In this document: positions 1 to 9,549 of the stretch, piece after piece
Position numbering within the stretch: position 1 is the stretch's first letter
How the letters are laid out: every line of letters starts with the position of its first letter
Assembly (NCBI GenBank): GCA_039024555.1
Contig: JBCCQQ010000006.1
Span: forward strand, 64,001 to 128,000
DNA from: Cyanobacteria bacterium P01_D01_bin.156
GTDB taxonomy: Bacteria; Cyanobacteriota; Cyanobacteriia; Phormidesmidales; Phormidesmidaceae
DNA length: 64,000 nt
Reading direction: 5' to 3'
The notes under the pieces: generated by a model
Told to the model about the DNA's origin: nothing
What the model saw: the letters and a program-made list of their open reading frames with translations, nothing else
Database searches by the model: none
Position numbers and translations under genes: made by a program

Positions 1-534
1 AAGGATCAAATAACGTAACAGGCCAATCTGAGTGATTTTTTCAACGGCTGCAACATCTTTCGCGGCTTTTGAGAAACCTGCCTGATCAAAGACATGACCT
101 ACTACCGGATAGGTAGGCAGTGTTTGGCAGGTAATATCTTCGTGAGATGCCATTTTGAATCCTGTTTTCTGAGCCAGGGTTCGATAATCTGATAACGTTA
201 CACAACTGTCTGCTTGGCCAGAGGTGACTGATATCATCTGGGTTGTGAACTTAGTAATAAACTGTTGTAATGCCTTAAAAATAGGCGTTGACACAAAATC
301 ACAAATGCCTAGGTAGCCACCTGGTCGTAATACTCGCTGAACCTCTTGAAAGAAGCGTTCTCGGCTGGGAAAATGAAAAATGCACTCTACCACGGTCCCA
401 TTAGCCTCATCGGGATTAGCCCAATATCCCTAGTGCACATGATGACCAAAAACCTTCTGTATGCCGAGTTTACCTGAACTTAGCTGCTCTAGCAGACTAT
501 CAAAGTAAGGCATTGGAATATGGGCAGAGCGCAT
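1..534 (-). pseudogene. Class I SAM-dependent methyltransferase pseudogene (runs off window start)
   Basis: Manual translation from ATG 534: MRSAHIPMPYFDSLL...VFGHHVH*GYWANPDEANGTVVECIFHFPSRERFFQEVQRVLRPGGYLGICDFV... In-frame TAG at 430-432 where W is expected (HVHWGYW). No SAM-binding LDVGCG motif between the GYW and VECIFHF motifs. Confidence 0.8.
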
Positions 535-599
535 GATTGTTATCCAAATGAGGGGCTAGACTCAGAAAATCAAAATCGCTAACAGAAGAAATGGTGCGG

Positions 600-1148
600 T
601 TATATGGCTTGTCTCATCTCATAATATACTCGTGCTAGGTCATCAACCTGATAATGAGCGTTAAGACCACTGGGGTTAGGCAGAACCCAAAGGATAGCGT
701 CATATATTCCATGGGGCTGTCGGCCAATTGTTGCCTTGGGCTGATTAAATGCCGTGCGATAGGCGGTGATACCCAGGATAGCTAAAGCCTTAGGCCGATA
801 GTGCTTGATTTTTTGCTCAAGGGTGTGCCGTCCTGCCAATAACTCTTCTTTGGGAAGTTCGTCAGCCCTAGCTGTAGCACGGTCACCAATGTTTGTCATA
901 CCCAATCCAAATGACAGTATTTCTCGATCCTCGGATGGATGCAATACTCGAGGAGTGAACCCTGCAGCATGCAGTGTCTTCCAGAGGCGATTGCCTGGAC
1001 GGGCAAAGTGATATCCTACTGCAGCACTATAAATGCTGGGATTAATTCCACAAAAGAGCACATTTAGATTTGGAGCAATAATATCGGGAACGGTCTTACC
1101 GTAAGCGGCTTGAATTTCGGCTTTTGTGGGTTTTGGAAAAGAGGGCAT
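600..1148 (-). CDS. mug: G/U mismatch-specific uracil-DNA glycosylase
   Basis: GINPS, HFARPGNRLW and VLPNPSGLN motifs. ATG 1148 preferred over the track start at 1175. Confidence 0.92.
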   Translation of the reverse strand: MPSFPKPTKAEIQAAYGKTVPDIIAPNLNVLFCGINPSIYSAAVGYHFARPGNRLWKTLHAAGFTPRVLHPSEDREILSFGLGMTNIGDRATARADELPKEELLAGRHTLEQKIKHYRPKALAILGITAYRTAFNQPKATIGRQPHGIYDAILWVLPNPSGLNAHYQVDDLARVYYEMRQAI

Positions 1149-1240
1149 GGAAATAATGGGGAGTCGAACTGCCAATTCTACTTCACAGTATCTATCCGAT
1201 TGTTTGAACTGAACTGTAATGAATACTCAGTCGAAATATT

Positions 1241-1331
1241 GCCATTGCTGATTTAGAGGATGAAACAATCTGTACACCTAGTCAGAGTGCTGGATTTGGC
1301 AGATAAAATCATCCCGAGGATCAGCAATGCC
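1241..1331 (+). repeat. 91-bp inverted-repeat (MITE/REPIN-like) element, copy 1
   Basis: GCCATTGCTGAT...AAAATCATCCCGAGGATCAGCAATGCC. Homologous to the copies at 4790, 21860 and 37604. Confidence 0.85.
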
Positions 1332-1469
1332 GAAATAATTAGTCTAACTGGCACCACTCAGGCTCCAATGGACTATGGGACGTCCTAAGAATTTTGCAGC
1401 GATGCCTCTGGAAAATCCAGACAAAGATAGAGTACGCTGAGTCGGAATCTTGGCAAGAGGCCCCCGTTA

Positions 1470-2186
1470 ATGGAGCAGACTATCCCAAAACTAAATACGT
1501 CTGCGATTGGCTCCAGGATCGGGTTGCTCAATGAAAAACCGCTCCATGCATCGCTAAAACAATGGTATTCCCAACCAGGGGATCGGTTTGAAGTGCCGAT
1601 GGATGGTTTTGTAATCGATATTGTTCGCGAGCAGCACCTGTTGGAAATTCAGACAGGAAATTTTTCTGCCATCAAGTCAAAGTTGATAAAACTGGTGAAT
1701 TCTCACTCCGTCCGTGTTATCTACCCCATTGCCCAAGAGAAGTGGATTGTTAAACTGTCACAGGATGTCGGTAAAGCTAACACTCGTCGAAAATCTCCTA
1801 AAAAAGGTCGGGTGGAAGATATCTTTTGGGAAATGGTCAGTCTGCCTCAGCTTGTTTCAAACCCTAACTTTTCCCTGGAAGTGTTGATGATCCAGGAAGA
1901 AGAAGTCAGACAGTTTAAGCCAAAGCGACGATGGCGCAGAAACGGATGGTGTACCGAAGAACGACGCTTGCTAAATGTGGTAAACCGACACTTATTTCAG
2001 ACCCCGGCAGACTGGCTAGCGTTTCTGCCTACTGGGATGGAGACATTTACAACAAAAGATATCGCAGATGCCATCCGCATTAGGAGAGAACTGGCTCAGA
2101 AAATAGCCTACACCCTTCGAACAGCAGGGTTAATTGAACTTATTGGCAAACAAGGGCGAGGTAACCTATACGGAGTTGCGACGTAG
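1470..2186 (+). CDS. Hypothetical protein, PD-(D/E)XK nuclease-like N-terminus with C-terminal winged HTH
   Basis: E-K-P-L-H helix, then IDIV...LLEIQT core. C-terminal FTTKDIADAIRIRRELAQKIAYTL...GRGNLY resembles a winged HTH. Confidence 0.55.
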   Translation: MEQTIPKLNTSAIGSRIGLLNEKPLHASLKQWYSQPGDRFEVPMDGFVIDIVREQHLLEIQTGNFSAIKSKLIKLVNSHSVRVIYPIAQEKWIVKLSQDVGKANTRRKSPKKGRVEDIFWEMVSLPQLVSNPNFSLEVLMIQEEEVRQFKPKRRWRRNGWCTEERRLLNVVNRHLFQTPADWLAFLPTGMETFTTKDIADAIRIRRELAQKIAYTLRTAGLIELIGKQGRGNLYGVAT

Positions 2187-2373
2187 TCATAACCATTCCA
2201 TAACGTTCGCCATGTGTTAGTGTAGTAGCTCGCAACTGACTCCCGGTCTATCGTTGCTGCTTTGGAGCTTGCTCACTCAAGTTATTCAACGCAAATCATA
2301 AAATTATTGCTCTTAAGACTGGTCCCAGCATTGTATTTGGGGTAGGGGCACATTTCGGAACCACCAAATCCCC

Positions 2374-3639
2374 ATGAAATTTGAAACTCTAGGTCTTGCA
2401 GCCCCGATTTTACGGGCTGTGACCGAGGAAGGTTACACAGCTGCCACGCCAATTCAGCAGCAGGCCATTCCTCCCATTTTGCAAGGAAATGATGTTTTGG
2501 CCAGTGCCCAGACGGGTACAGGTAAAACAGCAGGGTTTACCCTCCCGTTGCTAAATCACCTCAGCAACGGTCCTACTAAAACGTCGCAGGCCCCGCGAGC
2601 TCTGATCCTGACACCCACCCGTGAACTGGCTGCTCAGGTAAACAGTAGCGTCAGCACCTATGGCAAATATTTACCGATTCAATCAGTGGTGGTGTTTGGT
2701 GGCGTCAGTATTGGCCGCCAAATTAAAGCACTGAAGCAGGGGTGTGACATTGTGGTGGCAACGCCGGGACGGTTGTTGGACCACGTTAACCAAAAGACGA
2801 TTGATCTGTCTCAGATTGAGATACTAGTGCTGGATGAATGCGATCGCATGTTAGACATGGGATTCATCCACGACATTCGTAAGGTGTTGGCCCGGCTGCC
2901 AGAATCACGTCAAACCCTGATGTTTTCTGCCACCTTCTCCACCGGTATCCGCAAGCTGGCCCGGACGCTGCTGTACAACCCAGTGCAGGTTGAAGTAGCT
3001 CCCCGCAATACAGCAGCAGAACAAGTTGAACAGTTTGTGTATCGCGTTGATCGCGCCCGTAAGCGAGAGCTTTTGTCCTATCTCATTGGCTTTAACAACT
3101 GGCGACAGGTACTGGTCTTTACTCGCACCAAACATGGTGCCAATCGTCTGGCCGACCAGTTAGCCAAAGACGGTTTGAAGACCGCTGCAATTCACGGCAA
3201 CAAAAGTCAGGCTGCCCGTACCCGAGCCCTACGAGACTTTAAGCAGGGCAAGGTACGGGTACTGGTGGCTACAGATGTTGCCTCACGAGGGTTAGATATT
3301 GATCAACTGCCCTATGTGGTTAATTTTGAACTACCCAATGTGCCAGAAGACTACGTACACCGCATTGGCCGCACTGGCCGAGCGGGCAACGAAGGTCAGG
3401 CCATGTCCCTAGTCTCCAACGATGAACAATCCCTATTAAAAGGGATCGAAAAGTTACTTAAGCGTAAATTCTCCCAGGCGGTTGTTCCGGGGTATGAACC
3501 CACAGCTGGTGCTAAGTCCGAAGAAGAGAAGCCCAAACGCCAACGTCCTAGTAAGCCACGTCGTAACTCCTCCCCCCCTCGCCCTGCCAGCAAAAAGTCA
3601 TCTAATAACAGCCGTCGTAAACAGCTACGTAGGGCGTAG
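2374..3639 (+). CDS. DEAD-box RNA helicase, RhlE/CrhC-like
   Basis: Q motif, [38 protein letters not shown] and a basic C-terminal tail. Confidence 0.95.
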   Translation: MKFETLGLAAPILRAVTEEGYTAATPIQQQAIPPILQGNDVLASAQTGTGKTAGFTLPLLNHLSNGPTKTSQAPRALILTPTRELAAQVNSSVSTYGKYLPIQSVVVFGGVSIGRQIKALKQGCDIVVATPGRLLDHVNQKTIDLSQIEILVLDECDRMLDMGFIHDIRKVLARLPESRQTLMFSATFSTGIRKLARTLLYNPVQVEVAPRNTAAEQVEQFVYRVDRARKRELLSYLIGFNNWRQVLVFTRTKHGANRLADQLAKDGLKTAAIHGNKSQAARTRALRDFKQGKVRVLVATDVASRGLDIDQLPYVVNFELPNVPEDYVHRIGRTGRAGNEGQAMSLVSNDEQSLLKGIEKLLKRKFSQAVVPGYEPTAGAKSEEEKPKRQRPSKPRRNSSPPRPASKKSSNNSRRKQLRRA

Positions 3640-3679
3640 TGGCCAAACCCCACTGTCATGACATAGAAGGATTATCCCT

Positions 3680-4036
3680 ATGACCTACGATGAATTCAAC
3701 CGTTTTTGTCGTTCGTTGCCAGCCACATCCTACGTTATGCAGTGGGGTGGGTCCCATGTGTGGAAGGTGGGCGGCAAAGTGTTTGCCATCGGAGGTCTGG
3801 GAAAAAATGATCGGCCAGCCTTCACCTTTAAGGTCTCAGAGCTGAATTTTGAACTTTTACGAGAAGAGCCGGGGTTTAGACCGGCTCCGTATATGGCATC
3901 CCGTGGACTCAAATGGATACAGCAATATGCAGCCCTTGAAGACGAGCAGCTGAAGCACTACCTAGAAGAATCACACCGCATTGTTTCCCTGGGGCTAACC
4001 AAAAAGAAGCAAAAAGAGCTGGGGCTGAACCAGTAG
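3680..4036 (+). CDS. MmcQ/YjbR family protein
   Basis: WKVGGKVFA and PAPYMA..KWI motifs; 118 aa. Confidence 0.85.
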   Translation: MTYDEFNRFCRSLPATSYVMQWGGSHVWKVGGKVFAIGGLGKNDRPAFTFKVSELNFELLREEPGFRPAPYMASRGLKWIQQYAALEDEQLKHYLEESHRIVSLGLTKKKQKELGLNQ

Positions 4037-4159
4037 TCGTTAGCCTGGATATCAGTCACACGCACGCTCCTGTTAAACGCTAAATTTTCCATTTATCTAG
4101 GAATATACGTACCCATACTGTATAAAGTCCTGTAGTTGGCTTTTTTGGGTTCCTGGCCG

Positions 4160-4738
4160 ATGGCTTCGAAAGGTTCTAATTGGGAAAATGAAACAGATGA
4201 AGCCCTGGTTTTATCTCTGAGGCAGGGCAATAAGGCCGCCTTAGCCATTTTGTACGATCGCTACTCGCGGTTGGTCTACAGCATTGCCTTTCGCATCCTC
4301 AACAGTGGCCCCGAAACTGAAGATCTCACCCAAGAAATTTTTCTGAATCTCTGGCAAAAACAAACCTATGACCCCACCCGCAGTTCCCTAAGCCGATTTT
4401 TAAGCACCGTTACCCGCAATCGTGCCATCGATCGGGTACGCTCCCAAACCAACCGACGGCGAATTCTAAAAGGTATAACGCCGCAGATGCCACCTGTGGA
4501 AACATTCTCCCTGCCCGAAGCGCAAGCCTCCCTGGGAGAACGCTCTGAGCGGGTGCGAGAGGCATTAGTAACGTTACCTGAAAAGCAACGAGAGCTGCTG
4601 TGGCTGGCCTACTATCATGGATTTAGTCAATCCGAAATCGCTAGCCACACGAATATTCCTTTAGGGACTGTCAAATCGCGTATGCGCCAGGGCTTGCTCA
4701 AGCTTAAAGGAACACTTAAAGATTTGGCTGATGCTTAA
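4160..4738 (+). CDS. ECF sigma-70 factor (SigK-like)
   Basis: Region 2 (LYDRYS...EDLTQEIFL...RNRAIDRVR) and region 4 (SQSEIA...PLGTVKSRMR). ATG at 4160. Confidence 0.93.
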   Translation: MASKGSNWENETDEALVLSLRQGNKAALAILYDRYSRLVYSIAFRILNSGPETEDLTQEIFLNLWQKQTYDPTRSSLSRFLSTVTRNRAIDRVRSQTNRRRILKGITPQMPPVETFSLPEAQASLGERSERVREALVTLPEKQRELLWLAYYHGFSQSEIASHTNIPLGTVKSRMRQGLLKLKGTLKDLADA

Positions 4739-4789
4739 ATGATCGTTGCCGAGCTGCAACGGCATTAAATTTAGGTCTGTGATTTTTTC

Positions 4790-4880
4790 GCTGTTGCTGA
4801 TTTATGGGATAGACCGATCTGATGATTCTCAACTGTGCCAGACTCTTTCAGAAAAAATCATCCCGAGGATCAGCAACGCC
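4790..4880 (+). repeat. 91-bp inverted-repeat element, copy 2 (between sigma and anti-sigma genes)
   Basis: GCTGTTGCTGATTTA...AAAATCATCCCGAGGATCAGCAACGCC. Confidence 0.85.
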
Positions 4881-4922
4881 ATTTTTTCTATGCCCTGATG
4901 ATTGACTACCTACTTCTGTCCT

Positions 4923-5663
4923 ATGGCTTCTGAACGAAAATTAGATGAATTAGCCGCTGACTACGTTATTGGCAATCTCTCAGCTGAAGAGGCTGATGAA
5001 TTTGCCCGGTTAATGGTCGAAAATCCTGAGCTGAGGTCAGAGGTGGAAGGTTTGGAAAAAACCGTTGGTTTAATGCTCGACGAGCTACCCATGCTGGAAC
5101 CCCCAAGCCACCTACGGGCAAGTGTTTTAGCAGGGCTTGAAGGGCCACCCGTGGTGCAACCTAGGCGCTCGCGGACCTGGGTGTTGGCGGCTGTGGCCGC
5201 TGGGGCAACGGTCCTATCGCTAGCTCTGGGCCTAAATAACTATCGGTTACGATTGGCCAACCAGCAGCTACAGAATGAACTGTTTGCGGCGGTGCCAGCT
5301 CAGCAAGCCAAGCTGATTTTGCAACAGCCTTCTACTCGCTTTTATGATTTTGCGGGTACTGATGAGGCCCAGGATGCATCCGGCAATATGATTGTGGATA
5401 CGGAGCGGTTAGAGGCTGCGATCGCATTTAAAGACCTTGCCCCCCTATCCACCGATCAAACCTATGCCCTTTGGGTCCGTCACCAGGGTAAGTATGTTCC
5501 CTGTGGCGATTTTCAAACCAGCCAGGATGGTACAGTCTTTGCCACTTTAGATATGCCAGCTGTATATCAATCCAGACCCTGGGTACAAGACGTAATCGTC
5601 ACGGTTGAGTCCACGGATTTACCCACCCAGCCCACCGGTCCAATTGTGGCTCAAACCACCTAG
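4923..5663 (+). CDS. Anti-sigma factor, RskA family
   Basis: N-terminal LAADYVIGNL, PPSHLRASVL, one TM helix, C-terminal YALW...VTVE..P.QPTGP. Lies directly downstream of the ECF sigma gene. Confidence 0.88.
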   Translation: MASERKLDELAADYVIGNLSAEEADEFARLMVENPELRSEVEGLEKTVGLMLDELPMLEPPSHLRASVLAGLEGPPVVQPRRSRTWVLAAVAAGATVLSLALGLNNYRLRLANQQLQNELFAAVPAQQAKLILQQPSTRFYDFAGTDEAQDASGNMIVDTERLEAAIAFKDLAPLSTDQTYALWVRHQGKYVPCGDFQTSQDGTVFATLDMPAVYQSRPWVQDVIVTVESTDLPTQPTGPIVAQTT

Positions 5664-5696
5664 GTTAAAAGGTTTCAAAAAAGTTCAAAAAAAGTT

Positions 5697-5721
5697 CATC
5701 CAATCCACAACGTCACTCGTA
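5697..5721 (+). promoter_or_regulatory. Putative ECF sigma promoter 1 (CATCC-N16-CGTA)
   Basis: CATCC aatccacaacgtcact CGTA. Same spacing as the second site at 5863. Confidence 0.6.
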
Positions 5722-5862
5722 TTGATAGTCAAACAGATAAATAGTTGTTGATGCGGAGCTAAATCAGCTGCTGCTGTTGCACCGGGTGTAATGACCAGCA
5801 GGGTGATTAGTGTGATTATTAAAGGAACTAAACTCTCTTTAGAAAAACCTCAAAAATAATCA

Positions 5863-5887
5863 CATCCAACATCAACCATTATTCGTA
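5863..5887 (+). promoter_or_regulatory. Putative ECF sigma promoter 2 (CATCC-N16-CGTA)
   Basis: CATCC aacatcaaccattatt CGTA, upstream of the RTX gene. Confidence 0.6.
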
Positions 5888-6225
5888 TCTATAACTGAAT
5901 GTTGATTCTGTTCTTCTTAATCCTGTAATAGAACAGCATTCGTTGATCAAATAGGTAGTTCCAATTAGTGCTCAAATGTCAAAGCCTTGTTTCTTAAATT
6001 CTAGAAGAGACTAAATTCAAAGCTTCTAGAATGTAGGATTTTGGAACAAACTCTAAGACGCTAAATGACTTGTTTATATCTGCAAAAGATTGAATAGGTC
6101 TCTACCTAACTCTTTTCTCGTTAAAAATTTGCAAATACCTTGGTGCATCCACCAGGGGCCTTTGAGTGTGCCAAATTTTCTCGAGAATACTCATCTTTGT
6201 CTATCTATAACTATAGGGAACCCCA

Positions 6226-8205
6226 ATGAACACTTTTCTAGCGCTTCTAGTCAATCAGATTGTTGGCACTTTGTTTCAAGATGCACCTGAAATTGAAGAC
6301 CTTGGTGATATCTTCATTGGTGGCAATGGAGATGATAATCTCATAGGAGGCGATCAGGATGATATCTTCCTTAGTCAAGATGGTGATGACACCATTCTAG
6401 GCGGTGCCGGAACCGATATTGTTTTTGCTGACAAAGGTAAGGATACCGTTGTTGGACAAACCGGGAATGACGTCGCTTTTTTGGGAGCAGGCAATGACCG
6501 CTTTATTTGGAATAACGGTGATGGTAGCGACTTCATCAATGGCGGCTCAGGCTACGATACAACCCAAGTAAACGGTGCTGACGGTCCTGGCGATCAGTTT
6601 GACCTCAGGGCAGAGAACGGACGGGCGCTCTTTAATCGCCTCAATTTGGGCCTGTTTACTCTGACTAACGAGAGTATCGAGAAATTTGAGATTAATGGCC
6701 AGGGAGGCGATGACTCGTTAACGGTTGGAGATTTAACCGATAGCGATGTCAAAAAAGTGGTCTTTTCTGGGGGAGATGGCAATGACACTCTAGATGCCCG
6801 TGAAAGCTCCACAAAAATTAAGGCTAAAGGGGGTAAAGGAGATGACCTACTACTGGGTGGCTCCGCTGAAGATATCTTTCTTGCCGGTTCTGGTAACGAT
6901 ATTGTCGTCGGTCAGCGAGGAAATGATAGGGCTAACCTAGGCAGAGGCAATGACCGTTTTATTTGGAACAACGGTGACGGCAGTGACGTTATCAATGGTG
7001 CAGCAGGCTACGATACAACTCAGGTAAATGGTGCCGATGCCGCTGGAGATGAGTTTGAGCTTAGCCAAGAAAATGGTCGAGCAATTTTCAATCGTCTGAA
7101 CCTGGGGCTGTTTACGCTGACTAACAAAAGTATTGAACAGTTTGAGATTAACGGCCAGGGTGGCGATGATTCTTTAGCAGTAGGCGACCTGACCGACAGT
7201 GGCGTGCAAAAAGTCATCTTCTCAGGTGGCGAAGGTAATGATACGTTAGATGCCCGAGAAAGCACCACGACGATTGAAGTCTTTGGTGGTGATGGCGATG
7301 ACCTACTACTGGGGGGCTCAGCTGAAGATACCTTTTTTGCTGGAGCTGGTAATGATATTGTTGTGGGCCAGCGCGGTAACGATACCGCAGACTTAGGGGA
7401 TGGTGACGACCGCTTTATCTGGAATAACGGTGACGGCAGCGACTTTATCAATGGTGCAGATGGGTTTGATGTGACCCAGGTGAATGGTGCCGATGGTCCT
7501 GGCGATGAGTTTGACCTAAGCCAGGTGGATGGTCAGGCTATTTTTAATCGTCTCAATCTAGGATTGTTTACCCTTACTAACGAGGGTATTGAACAGTTTG
7601 AGATCAATGGCCAGGGTGGGAATGATTCGCTTACCATCAACGATCTGACCGGTAGTGACGTCCAGTCCGTACTCTTCTCCGGCGGCGATGGCAATGATTT
7701 CTTAAATGCTAGCGGTACATTTACTCCAGTTACTGCTGATGGTGGCGATGGCAATGATATTCTCATCGGTGGTGCCGGTGACGATATTCTGATTGGTGGT
7801 AATGGGTCCGACTTACTCATTGGGGGTGCCGGTAACAACATTCTGATCGGTGGCAATGGGGCTGATTTCTTTGGCTTTGATACCGGTGCTGTCTTTGATG
7901 CCGATGATATTGGCACGAATCAGATCCAAAACTATGAAGCTATCGACACCATTGTGCTGGATCTTACTGTCTTTGCTCAGTTAACCAGTGCCGTGGGGGG
8001 TGCCCTATCTGCCAGTGAGTTTGCAGTGGTCAATAGCGCCGAAGAAGCGGCTCTCAGTGATGCTCTAATTATCTACGGTGCCGATACCGGAAACCTCTAC
8101 TACAACGCCAATGGTGGTGAAGAGGGCTTTGGTAACGGTGCTCACTTTGCCACCATTGAAGGTGCACCCACCTTGGATGCCAATAGCTTTGTTATTCAGG
8201 CGTAG
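6226..8205 (+). CDS. RTX/hemolysin-type calcium-binding repeat protein
   Basis: Many GGxGxDxLx nonapeptides. Three internal 152-aa (456-bp) modules, marked by G(N/D)DRFIWNNGDGSD at 6490, 6946 and 7402. Confidence 0.92.
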   Translation: MNTFLALLVNQIVGTLFQDAPEIEDLGDIFIGGNGDDNLIGGDQDDIFLSQDGDDTILGGAGTDIVFADKGKDTVVGQTGNDVAFLGAGNDRFIWNNGDGSDFINGGSGYDTTQVNGADGPGDQFDLRAENGRALFNRLNLGLFTLTNESIEKFEINGQGGDDSLTVGDLTDSDVKKVVFSGGDGNDTLDARESSTKIKAKGGKGDDLLLGGSAEDIFLAGSGNDIVVGQRGNDRANLGRGNDRFIWNNGDGSDVINGAAGYDTTQVNGADAAGDEFELSQENGRAIFNRLNLGLFTLTNKSIEQFEINGQGGDDSLAVGDLTDSGVQKVIFSGGEGNDTLDARESTTTIEVFGGDGDDLLLGGSAEDTFFAGAGNDIVVGQRGNDTADLGDGDDRFIWNNGDGSDFINGADGFDVTQVNGADGPGDEFDLSQVDGQAIFNRLNLGLFTLTNEGIEQFEINGQGGNDSLTINDLTGSDVQSVLFSGGDGNDFLNASGTFTPVTADGGDGNDILIGGAGDDILIGGNGSDLLIGGAGNNILIGGNGADFFGFDTGAVFDADDIGTNQIQNYEAIDTIVLDLTVFAQLTSAVGGALSASEFAVVNSAEEAALSDALIIYGADTGNLYYNANGGEEGFGNGAHFATIEGAPTLDANSFVIQA

Positions 8206-8400
8206 TTGTTGCTGATTATCCAGTTAAACAGCAAACCCCAAGCAGGTCAATGCGCTTAAGGCATCATTCTGTTTGGGGCTTGCCGTTGTGTAAGAATTTC
8301 ATCGGATTTTTTAAGGTGAATTTTCACCTGGCAGAATTTAATCTTGCTATCCTAGGGGTGACTTCAGGCATTAATGCTGTGGAGAAAGGAGATACTGACG

Positions 8401-9429
8401 TTGAGCGATCGCAACTCAATTCGGAACAAAACTCGTCGGCAGTTTCTAGCAACCAGCGCCACCACGGCCTTGGGACTGATCGGCGGCTCTACAAGTCAGC
8501 AGCCATCTGCACCTACCGTATCGAGCAATTCGTCTTCGCCTGATACGTCTGCAGCCAATGCGTCGCTAACAACACCGACTACAATGCCGCAGCGGCAACT
8601 GGGGCGTACCCAAGTAGAGTTGCCAATCTTGGGTTTGGGCGGAGCCGGGCGCACGCCACTATCCACCCCTAATCAAGAGCAAGCCGCCACAGAACAGATT
8701 CAACGGGCACTAGAGCTGGGCATTCGTTACTTTGATACAGCCGCAAGCTACGGGCCAAGTGAGCAGTATTTAGGTAACGTGTTGCCCCCCTATCGAAACG
8801 AGCTTTTTCTAGCCACCAAGACAGCCTCCCTCAATTATGACGGTGCTTGGCGCGATTTAGAGCGCTCATTGCGTCGGCTAAATACCGATTATCTCGACCT
8901 TTGGCAGCTGCACCATATTTCCTTTGAGTCTGAGCTGGATACATTGCTCAGTAATGACGGCGCGATCAAAGCATTAGAAGAAGCCAAAGCCCAAGGACTG
9001 GTGCGCTTTAGTGGGATCACGGGTCACCATGAACCCCAGGTAATTGCCACAGCTCTACAGCGCTACCCGTTTGACCATACGTTGATTCCCGTCAACGCAG
9101 CGGATACCCACCATCCTCGACCGTTTATTCCCGTTGTGTTGCCTGTGGCTCAGGCGCAAAATGTTGGAGTAACGGCGATGAAGGTGCCCGCCTATGGTCG
9201 GTTATTAAAACCAGGTGTGCTGGATGGCATGCACCAAGCGTTGGGTTACACATTGTCGCAGTCTGGAGTGCACTGTGCGGTTATTGCTGCCCAAACCATT
9301 GCCCAGTTAGAAGAAAATGTAAAAGCCGCTTCGGAATTTGAAATTCTGGATGAGACGACCCTGGCCAATATTGAGCAGAAAACAGCCGCTGTTTGGCAAG
9401 ACAACACATTCTTTAGAGCCTGGACTTGA
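8401..9429 (+). CDS. Aldo/keto reductase with twin-arginine (Tat) signal
   Basis: TRRQFL, then LGLGG, YFDTAASYG, LATK, SLRRLNTDYLDLWQLH. AAGGAG precedes TTG 8401; ATG 8374 is an alternative start. Confidence 0.88.
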   Translation: MSDRNSIRNKTRRQFLATSATTALGLIGGSTSQQPSAPTVSSNSSSPDTSAANASLTTPTTMPQRQLGRTQVELPILGLGGAGRTPLSTPNQEQAATEQIQRALELGIRYFDTAASYGPSEQYLGNVLPPYRNELFLATKTASLNYDGAWRDLERSLRRLNTDYLDLWQLHHISFESELDTLLSNDGAIKALEEAKAQGLVRFSGITGHHEPQVIATALQRYPFDHTLIPVNAADTHHPRPFIPVVLPVAQAQNVGVTAMKVPAYGRLLKPGVLDGMHQALGYTLSQSGVHCAVIAAQTIAQLEENVKAASEFEILDETTLANIEQKTAAVWQDNTFFRAWT

Positions 9430-9549
9430 AACATTTGTAGAGGCTGCCTTTACAGCCCTATTCAAAATCTTTGCTGGAGCAATGCTCCGATGTCAGAACT
9501 ACTGGAAGTGGGCTAAAATTTCGGCAAGTCCTCGCTGAGATACTACGCT

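Noticed and set aside
2833..2844. DECD instead of DEAD in the helicase
   Set aside because: A tolerated variant of motif II; all other motifs are intact.
6594..7916. Long antisense ORFs inside the RTX gene, and similar shadow ORFs in MATE, nrdJ, the flotillins, htpG and hpsA
   Set aside because: By-products of codon bias and repeats on the opposite strand of well-supported genes, with no protein motifs.
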